Assembly: GCF_000014265.1 (NCBI RefSeq)
Contig: NC_008312.1
Location: 330,001 to 362,000, forward strand
Origin: Trichodesmium erythraeum IMS101
GTDB taxonomy: Bacteria > Cyanobacteriota > Cyanobacteriia > Cyanobacteriales > Microcoleaceae
Direction: 5' to 3'
Length of the DNA stretch: 32,000 bases
Part shown: positions 10,839 to 17,560 of the stretch, piece by piece
Position numbering within the stretch: position 1 is the stretch's first letter
Layout: each line of letters opens with the position of its first letter
Made by a program: the position numbers and the translations under genes
The notes under the pieces: model-generated
The model's database searches: none
What the model was told of the DNA's origin: nothing
The model's input: only the letters and a program-made list of their open reading frames with translations

Positions 10839-11948
10839 ATGCAATTACTTGAGTTTCCAAGTTATCACTTCCCTACTGGAGTAACTGGGCGATTAAAAGA
10901 AGTTTTATTAGACATTGTTGAGAGGGTAGAAATTTCCTCTGATTTTTCTATTCGTCATCCTGAGTATAAACCTTTAGATTTGCCTGCTGAGGTGGTTGCT
11001 CGTTTTCAGGCATTGCCAAAACAAATGCGGGATAAATATCTGAGTCTACAATTGCGTAGTTTTCTCTATGGTATCTATTATAATGGTTCGATGCAAACTT
11101 CCCTGGCATTGGATAGTGAGGAAAATAGTCGCCCATTAGATTTGGAGAATAATACTTTTCTTGGGGTAGAGATGGAGTTTTATATTCAGTTAGAAGAAAG
11201 TAATAGGGGAGAGGGGTATTTTGATTCTGGTTGGTCGGTGTTGAGGGAGGAAACTGATGGTGCTTTAGCTGTTACTAAGAATGGTTTGCGACTGCATATT
11301 GAACGAGAAAAGCATCTTCAAGAATCTCAGAAAGCTGCTGTTGTGGGGGATTCGGTAGCAATTCGGATGCCTAATAATTTGGTGCAAAATGGTTTCTATA
11401 TGGCGGTTGGTAATTTGGGTAGTCAGAGTCAGGTAGAGTCGGAAAGTCAATCTGGAGTGGTGCGAGTTTATTTTAACTTTACTTCTGAAGGTGCAGTAGT
11501 GGTCATGGGTAGTTTGACAGAGAAATTAAATGAGGTTGCTGTTCCTTTTAGTTTTAAAGTGTTGTATGCTCGTGATTATTATGATCGCTACGATGCTGGG
11601 GTACTCTATTTTGATAAGGATAATTATGAGTTGGTGAGGCAGGTTTTGTCGGATGTTTATGGGGAGAATAAATCTTATTTTAAATCAGAAATACCTTTAT
11701 TTACCATGGAGTTGGCACCGGGTTTGGGATTAGCTGAAGAGCCAGACAGGAAGTTTGCTAGTCAGGAAAGTTTTGGTATGAATAGGTGTCAGATGATAGC
11801 AAATGGATTATTGAAAGCTTGGGACCAGGGGGATAATTCGACTGAAGGAAGAATGAGGGCAATTTTGGAGCAATTTTCTTTATTGGGAATTGATTTGCAG
11901 CGTCCTTATTTGAATGCTAATTCTGAGGATGTTTATAGGGTGATATAG
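10839..11948 (+). CDS. HopA1-family-like protein (candidate phospho-Ser/Thr lyase partner of the kinase)
   Basis: 369-aa ORF directly downstream of the kinase on the same strand. Its size and sequence pattern (IRHPEYKPL, LRSFLYGIYYNG, LVQNGFYMA, GVLYFDK, GLGLAEEP..FGMNRC) match my recollection of cyanobacterial proteins annotated as the T3SS effector HopA1 family. This is not verifiable here. Confidence 0.5.
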   Translation: MQLLEFPSYHFPTGVTGRLKEVLLDIVERVEISSDFSIRHPEYKPLDLPAEVVARFQALPKQMRDKYLSLQLRSFLYGIYYNGSMQTSLALDSEENSRPLDLENNTFLGVEMEFYIQLEESNRGEGYFDSGWSVLREETDGALAVTKNGLRLHIEREKHLQESQKAAVVGDSVAIRMPNNLVQNGFYMAVGNLGSQSQVESESQSGVVRVYFNFTSEGAVVVMGSLTEKLNEVAVPFSFKVLYARDYYDRYDAGVLYFDKDNYELVRQVLSDVYGENKSYFKSEIPLFTMELAPGLGLAEEPDRKFASQESFGMNRCQMIANGLLKAWDQGDNSTEGRMRAILEQFSLLGIDLQRPYLNANSEDVYRVI

Positions 11949-11955
11949 TTTTTTT

Positions 11956-12347
11956 AGGTTGGGTTAAAGGACAGCGCCACCCAACAAGAACTCGTAAAGA
12001 TTAATTTTGAGATCAGGCTAATTATTTGTATGTGTTGGGCTTTGTTCCTCAACCCAACCTACACTATTTTCAATAATTTTTCAGTGGAACTGGGTTGGGT
12101 TAAGGGATAGGAAGTGAACAAAAGGTGGTATTTGTGAAGGTAGCGATCGCCTAAATTAACATGATTAATAGAACCGATGTTTATTAAAGAATAGTCTGGT
12201 GTAGGTGGGGTTAAGGGACAGCGAACCCAACAAAAAGCCTAACTAATGAAAATGGCGATCGCTAGGATCAGACAAAGATACTAAATGGTTCTACATTTTC
12301 TTCTAGTCTGGTGTAGGTTGGCTTAAGCGATCGCGCACACAACAACC
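11956..12347. repeat. cluster of 5 imperfect hairpin repeats (GGTTGGGTTAAGGGACAGCG.ACCCAACA type), one of them inverted
   Basis: Copies were read near 11957, 12041 (inverted), 12092, 12199 and 12311, at roughly 100-nt spacing. Each is internally self-complementary (GTTGGGT...ACCCAAC). This is a common Nostocales intergenic repeat class. Confidence 0.7.
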
Positions 12348-12412
12348 TATATCTGTGGTGTTTGGTTCTGGTGAGCAAACCCACGCCCCAGTTCAATAAT
12401 AATTTTTCAGTT

Positions 12413-12446
12413 CAGCTCCAGCTCAATTATGGGGCTGTTTTTTTTT
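12413..12446 (+). terminator. rho-independent terminator (likely ends the kinase/HopA1 transcript)
   Basis: CAGCTCCA-GCTCAATTA-TGGGGCTG forms an 8-bp stem with one G-U pair, followed by T9. Confidence 0.7.
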
Positions 12447-12486
12447 GACTTTTATTGTGGTTCGATACCATCAGAAAATAAAAAAA

Positions 12487-12511
12487 AGACATAATTGTGT
12501 GAGTTATGTCT
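12487..12511 (-). repeat. AGACATAA-N9-TTATGTCT hairpin, inverted relative to the 9351 copy (T-run on the minus strand)
   Basis: The reverse complement GAGACATAACTCACACAATTATGTCTTTTTTT aligns with 9351-9380. Both stem arms and the T-run are identical; only the loop differs. Confidence 0.45.
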
Positions 12512-12592
12512 CCAATAATTATCTTTTTTGATTTAATTAACTAGCTTTTAGCTAATTTTGAGTTAAAATGGATGATTATTAGTCGTTATTTC

Positions 12593-12620
12593 GAGACATA
12601 ATTGTGTCAATTAGATACAC
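12593..12620 (+). promoter_or_regulatory. half-decayed copy of the GAGACATAATT(A/G)TGTCA motif, about 47 nt upstream of a -35-like TTGCAT (12640-12645)
   Basis: GAGACATAATTGTGTCAATTAGATACAC shares its first 21 nt, apart from 2 mismatches, with 9351-9371. At 9351 the motif lies 46 nt upstream of a -35-like TTGTCA (9397-9402). Confidence 0.3.
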
Positions 12621-12750
12621 TTTGATTTTGTTCAACCCCTTGCATTTATAAGAAAGTTAGGTAATAATATAAGTGGAAAGAGACAAAACCAAGTCTGATT
12701 CCAAATCAACAAAGTTTATCTACTAATTTTACTTAAGGAGTAACTTAAAA

Positions 12751-12924
12751 ATGGCTAACATTAACATCTCTGATTTAAGTCCTGCTGGTGCGGACTTGTT
12801 CTTAGATTCTGAAAGCTACCTCAATGATTTGACTGAGGGAGAAATGACGAATACATTGGGTGGTAAAGGTAGCTTCACCTTTTGTGGTAAACGGATCTCA
12901 TGGAGTATCTGCTGGGGGTACTGA
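12751..12924 (+). CDS. double-glycine-leader peptide precursor A (57 aa; core KGSFTFCGKRISWSICWGY)
   Basis: Hand translation gives MANINISDLSPAGADLFLDSESYLNDLTEGEMTNTLGG|KGSFTFCGKRISWSICWGY*. AAGGAG lies 10 nt upstream. The leader fits the C39 consensus L(-12)xxxE(-8)M(-7)xxTxGG. The leader is conserved with only synonymous changes in the paralog at 13694. The ORF is below the track's size cutoff. Confidence 0.85.
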   Translation: MANINISDLSPAGADLFLDSESYLNDLTEGEMTNTLGGKGSFTFCGKRISWSICWGY

Positions 12925-13356
12925 TCATAAAATTAAGTAAAAAAAAAAGAAGAGAGTGATTTGGTGATTATTCCATCTTAGTATAAGTGAGAACTATGTC
13001 AACAATTCTTTCCTACCTTTTCTGACAGTTGATTTACTGTGACTAATTGACTAACTAATCTTGCTAGTTCCTCACTTTTGGTTACCTGGCACCATAGGCA
13101 CAGCTAAAAAACTGACCATCACTAATAAAAGGAAAATACCTCTTAAAAGTTTGCTACTTTAGTAATACTTTCTTGAGGTATTTTCTGTGCCTTATGTTGA
13201 CGACAAGACAAAAAAGCTGGAGGATTAGAATTTGTAGGTTGCAGGTTATCATTGTAGAGGTGTAGGTTAGGCGATCGCGCACACAACAACCTATATCTGT
13301 GGTGTTTGGTTCTGGTGAGCAAACCCACGCCCCAGTTCAATAATAATTTTTCAGTT

Positions 13357-13390
13357 CAGCTCCAGCTCAATTATGGGGCTGTTTTTTTTT
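13357..13390 (+). terminator. rho-independent terminator (duplicate of 12413-12446)
   Basis: The identical CAGCTCCA-GCTCAATTA-TGGGGCTG stem-loop is followed by T9. Confidence 0.7.
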
Positions 13391-13693
13391 GACTTTTATT
13401 GTGGTTCGATACCATCAGAAAATCAAAAAAGACATAATTGTGTGAGTTATGTCTCCAATAATTATCTTTTTTGATTTAATTAACTAGCTTTTAGCTAATT
13501 TCGAGTTAAAATGGATGATTATCAGTCGTTATTTTGAGACATAATTGTGTCAATTAGATACACTTTGATTTTGTTCAACCCCTTGCATTTATAAGAAAGT
13601 TAGGCAATAATATAAGTGGAAAGAGACAAAACCAAGTCTGATTCCAAATCAACAAAGTTTATCTACTAATTTTACTTAAGGAGTAACTTAAAA

Positions 13694-13852
13694 ATGGCTA
13701 ACATTAACATCTCTGATTTAAGTCCTGCTGGTGCTGACTTGTTCTTAGATTCTGAAAGCTATCTCAACGATTTGACTGAGGGAGAAATGACGAATACATT
13801 AGGAGGATCGAGGTGGTGGAACAGATTAAAAGATTGGTTTCGTACACGTTAA
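13694..13852 (+). CDS. double-glycine-leader peptide precursor B (52 aa; core SRWWNRLKDWFRTR)
   Basis: Hand translation gives MANINISDLSPAGADLFLDSESYLNDLTEGEMTNTLGG|SRWWNRLKDWFRTR*. It has the same AAGGAG SD as gene A. Six nucleotide differences from the gene A leader were counted, all synonymous third-position changes. Confidence 0.85.
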   Translation: MANINISDLSPAGADLFLDSESYLNDLTEGEMTNTLGGSRWWNRLKDWFRTR

Positions 13853-14300
13853 GCAGCACTAAGTACTTTTACGTGAGTCCTGATTAAATCTTAGTATAGG
13901 TTCAGAACTGTGTCAACAATTCTTTCCTACCTTTTCGACAGTTTCTTTGCTGTGACTAATTGACTAACTAATCTTGCTAGTTCCTCATTTTTGGTTACCA
14001 GGCACCATAGGCACAGCTAAAAAACTGACCATCACTAATAAAAGGAAAATACCTCTTAAAAGCTTGCTAGTTTAGTAATACTTTTTTGAGGCATTTTCTG
14101 TGCTTTATGTTGACTACAAGACTGCGTGACTCAACCCAAGCTACCCCATAAAAAGATATGACCCAGTGGAAAATGTGATGCTCAACTGGGTGATATTTGG
14201 CATTGACATCGGTTGGACTGAGGAGTAGAAAGCAGTAGTGTTGAGGGCGACAAGATCAGATGATGACGCCACCCCAAACCCTATAACTACTCCAATGAGA

Positions 14301-15062
14301 CTATGCAGCAATAAGTTTACTATTTAAATCTAAATCAATTAAAACTTCAACCGACTCAACTTGCTTCTTAAGCCACTCATCAAACAACTCCGCAAAAATC
14401 TGAGAGCGCAACTTATTATCTAACTCTGCTGAAATAATTTCCTCCACAAAAATCAAATGTACCCCCTTAGAAGTCACAATAGGTTTAATCATCTGGGGAG
14501 GTTTAGCCGCAAAAACAGCCGCAGAAATCTCTGGTTTCAAATCCTTACGATACAACACCCCTCGATATCCCCCCTGACGACGTAACTCTATATCTTCAAT
14601 GTATTCATGAGCCACATCATAGAAACTTGTTTCCCCTTCCTGAATAGCATAGAATAATTCCATCCCTAAATCTTGATCATCCAAAACCACCTCATACATC
14701 ACCACACCAGCATAATTCAATTGATTTTCATAAAAATATGGCTCAACTTTATCTGCAAACAGATGAGCCACCAATTTTTGAGCAACAACACTTATATAGA
14801 CAACTTCCTCAAAATCATCAATAGATAGACAAAACTTTTCTAACCAAGCAAAAGTGTCTTGGGCGCTATGAAGTTTATTTACAAACCTCATAGTATCTGC
14901 CGCTTTCTGCAGTTCTTCAGTCTCCACTTTTATACCCGCTTCCTTCGCTGCATTCAGAATAATCTCGCGAGTAATAATCTCTTCTTTCAGCTCAGAAGTT
15001 TTTAAAGATAACTTAATGTGCTTCAAAATATCTTCAGCAGTAATAATAATAGATTGTAACAT
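14301..15062 (-). CDS. parvulin/PpiC-type peptidyl-prolyl isomerase-like protein with no signal peptide
   Basis: 253-aa ORF. The C-terminal part (GGYRGVLYRKDLKPEISAAVFAAKPPQMIKPIVTSKGVHLIFVEE) resembles the PpiC rotamase core (GG.LG.f.rg.m.p.f..a.f....G....pv.t..G.H.i.v). The N-terminal part is helical and SurA-N-like. It is the last gene of the exporter operon. Confidence 0.65.
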   Translation of the reverse strand: MLQSIIITAEDILKHIKLSLKTSELKEEIITREIILNAAKEAGIKVETEELQKAADTMRFVNKLHSAQDTFAWLEKFCLSIDDFEEVVYISVVAQKLVAHLFADKVEPYFYENQLNYAGVVMYEVVLDDQDLGMELFYAIQEGETSFYDVAHEYIEDIELRRQGGYRGVLYRKDLKPEISAAVFAAKPPQMIKPIVTSKGVHLIFVEEIISAELDNKLRSQIFAELFDEWLKKQVESVEVLIDLDLNSKLIAA

Positions 15063-15346
15063 AATTATTCTCCTAATTAATTAATAAAAAAAATGAGTAT
15101 CAAAAGTCATCTAAAAATGACTTCTACTATAAGCAAAAAAATGAATTTCTTGGTGGTAACTGAGCGCCCAATGACCCGCAAACAATTTATAACAGTACAA
15201 TTTTTTTGTTTGTCCCAGGGCTTTGTCTATTGAAATATCCACATTAGGGCTATTGCCTTACTACCAGCTTAAATTATAACTATTCAAACCAACATAATAT
15301 TATCAACTTCTGGTAACCCTAATTAACCGTCAATCATTAATTATTT

Positions 15347-17230
15347 CTACAACTCTAAACCTCCTTTTTGTAACTTCTTAAACGGGTCAAGAATAAAATC
15401 AATCAAAGGACGCTGACGCACAACAACCTCAGCCGTTGCCGTATCCCCCGGACGCAAAACAACACACTCATTAGCAGTAGGAATACAATACTCATCCAAC
15501 TCAACCTTTAACTCATAAATAGCCACATTTCCCTCAGCAGTTTCCTGCATTTTTGAAGTAGGAGAAATCTCTTTCAACCATCCCCCAACTACACCATAAT
15601 CCTGAAAAGGATAGGCATCAAACTTCATTTTTACCTCCATTCCTTCCCTTAACGAACCACTTTCTGTAGTTGCCATATCCGCCTTTAATAAAAGACTCGT
15701 TTCCCTAGGAGCTATCTCCACTATCATCTCTCCTTGTTGCACAACATCTCCCACACCTTTGATGGGGAAATTAAAAATAGTACCTCCCTGTTGCGCCCTA
15801 ACTACTCGTTGCTCTAACTGAAAATTTAAAGAATCAATCTCTTTATTTGTCTGAGCAATTTCTCCTTGAATACTAACAATTTGACTATCCATACTCTGAA
15901 GTTGCTCTTGTATTTTTGATATAGCAATTTTCCCAGAATGAGTAATAGTTTTAGAGCTATTTTCTTGCTCATTCAAACGTAATTCAGCCTGCTTAATATC
16001 TGCCTTAACTTGATTAATTACCATTTCATAACTACTCTTTTGTTCTGCCAAACGTAACTCAGCTTGCTCAATATCTGCCTCCCCTTGATTAATAATTCTT
16101 TCATAACTACCTTTTTGCTCTGCCAAACGTAATTCAGCTTGCTTAATATCTGCCTTTCCTTGATGAATAACCCTCTTATAACTACCCTCTTGCTCTTCTA
16201 TTCGTAATTTAGCTTGCTCAATATCTGCTTGACTTTGCTCCAACATTCTTTGTCTTTCTCGCCCAATATTTTCATGCTCAACTAATTGTATTTCCGTCAC
16301 CACACCCTGGTCCCAAAGACCACGATAACGTTCTACTTCTTTCATAGCCTTTTCCCAGCGAATTTCTGATAATTGATAAGCAATTTGACTATCTTTTAAT
16401 TGTCGTTTTGCTTGATTGAATTGAGCCATTTTTTCTTCTTTCTGTAAACTCAACGCTCTCTTAAGAGCTCCCAAATTTTCTTCTGCTTGATAAACTTGTA
16501 CTAATTTTTCTTCCCTTTGTAAATTTAATGTTCTTCTGAGAGCCGCCAAATTTTGTTCTGCTTGATGAACTTGGGTCAGTTTTTCTTGTTCCTGTAAATT
16601 GTACATTGTTTTAAGAGATTGTGCGTTTTGTCGTGCTTGCCCCACTTGAGCTAATTTTTCTAATTTTTGAGATTCATTTTGTCGTTCTTGGGTACGAAGT
16701 TCAATTTCCAATTGATTTTTTTGTTGTTGAATCTTACTAAGTCGATTTTTCTGATTTTGCAGTTGAATTTGGAGTTGAGCAAGTCGGTCATGAATAGGGC
16801 GAGATTCTAATTCTATTAAAATATCTCCAGCCTTAATTTTATCCCCTTGTTTAACATAAACTTTCTCAACTTTTGCCGTTTGTGTATATGCGGTAAACGT
16901 TAAATTTAGCTCTTGTTTAAAAGTACCACCTTGAGGTTCTAAACGTCCTCTAGCTGAACCAGTTTCATCTACTTGAGAAAACATTCCCCAAGGGAGAGCG
17001 ATCGCTACAAATCCTATTAAAAGATATAGTAATCCTCGTGTCCAACGTTGTGGTAAAGCATCTAATAATTCTTTAGTAGCAAAAGACCAATCATCAACAG
17101 ATTCATCTAACTTTGTAACTGCTGTTTCTTGATAGTTAGAATTCTTCAAACTTTTTTCTAATGTTACTAAGTCAACCTCTAAAGGTTTATGACCATTTGA
17201 CTCTAAAGTTAAGTTCAATTCTTGTGGCAT
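15347..17230 (-). CDS. HlyD-family periplasmic adaptor (membrane fusion protein) with an expanded coiled coil
   Basis: 627-aa ORF with an N-terminal TM segment (GLLYLLIGFVAIALPWGMF). A lipoyl-like segment VYVKQGDKIKAGDILIELES pairs with the C-terminal GGTIFNFPIKGVGDVVQQGEMIVEIAP. The central coiled coil is long and Q/E/K-rich. Confidence 0.9.
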   Translation of the reverse strand: MPQELNLTLESNGHKPLEVDLVTLEKSLKNSNYQETAVTKLDESVDDWSFATKELLDALPQRWTRGLLYLLIGFVAIALPWGMFSQVDETGSARGRLEPQGGTFKQELNLTFTAYTQTAKVEKVYVKQGDKIKAGDILIELESRPIHDRLAQLQIQLQNQKNRLSKIQQQKNQLEIELRTQERQNESQKLEKLAQVGQARQNAQSLKTMYNLQEQEKLTQVHQAEQNLAALRRTLNLQREEKLVQVYQAEENLGALKRALSLQKEEKMAQFNQAKRQLKDSQIAYQLSEIRWEKAMKEVERYRGLWDQGVVTEIQLVEHENIGRERQRMLEQSQADIEQAKLRIEEQEGSYKRVIHQGKADIKQAELRLAEQKGSYERIINQGEADIEQAELRLAEQKSSYEMVINQVKADIKQAELRLNEQENSSKTITHSGKIAISKIQEQLQSMDSQIVSIQGEIAQTNKEIDSLNFQLEQRVVRAQQGGTIFNFPIKGVGDVVQQGEMIVEIAPRETSLLLKADMATTESGSLREGMEVKMKFDAYPFQDYGVVGGWLKEISPTSKMQETAEGNVAIYELKVELDEYCIPTANECVVLRPGDTATAEVVVRQRPLIDFILDPFKKLQKGGLEL

Positions 17231-17560
17231 AACTTTTATAATAATTGTATTTTTTCTAGTAAAATTTACCCTCTACTTTTGTACTGAAGTTGTATGCAAT
17301 ATCCCCACCTACTTCTCCTCCAGGTCCGGGTTAGAAGTTAGTTGATCAGAGTTACAGCAGTTTTTATTTCAGTAGGGGTTTCTGGCTATTCAGCCTAATC
17401 TCAAAAGTGCTGTCGGCGTAGTTACCTTTCTCCAAAGACCCCGTAGAAAAGTTTTTTATAAATGGTAAAATCTCGTGCCTTATACCGTTTTACGGAAGTT
17501 AAAAGTTAAAATCTTTGTTAGGTTTCACTTCGTTTTGCCCAACCTAAATTTTTATTCTAC

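Larger units (their letters stand above)
12311..13210 (+). repeat. precursor cassette, tandem copy 1 (terminator, long leader region, precursor gene A, conserved 3' flank)
   Basis: It is near-identical by eye to 13255-14128 at an offset of 943-944 nt, except for the core-encoding segment (about 12865-12975), which has no counterpart in copy 2. Confidence 0.9.
13255..14128 (+). repeat. precursor cassette, tandem copy 2
   Basis: See 12311-13210. The same terminator, hairpins, leader and 3' flank are present, with a different core segment (about 13808-13888). Confidence 0.9.

Noticed and set aside
11956-12347. Regularly spaced repeats of about 30 nt, at about 100-nt spacing, that could be mistaken for a CRISPR array
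   Set aside because: The repeats are imperfect, one is inverted, the spacing is irregular, each is an internal hairpin of a known Nostocales intergenic repeat type, and no cas genes are nearby.
12455-12480. tRNA-like T-arm sequence GTGGTTCGATACCATC (also at 13399-13420)
   Set aside because: Only a partial T-stem pairs. No acceptor, D or anticodon arms can be built from the flanking sequence.
13143-13340. 65-aa minus-strand ORF spanning the junction of the two cassettes
   Set aside because: It runs through the HIP1/hairpin repeat and the terminator region. It has no SD and no counterpart in the other cassette copy, so it is probably a chance ORF.
14130-14300. Slightly GC-richer segment between precursor B and the PPIase gene, with micro-ORFs (for example MSMPNITQLSITFSTGSYLFMG on the minus strand)
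   Set aside because: It has no SD, no GG-leader similarity and no second copy for comparison, so evidence for coding is insufficient.
17231-17560. Unusually long (330-nt) gap between the ABC and HlyD genes, checked for an extra small peptide gene
   Set aside because: No ATG-initiated ORF with an SD was found on the minus strand. The gap contains the common GGTTTCACTTCG...CCCAACCTA repeat type.
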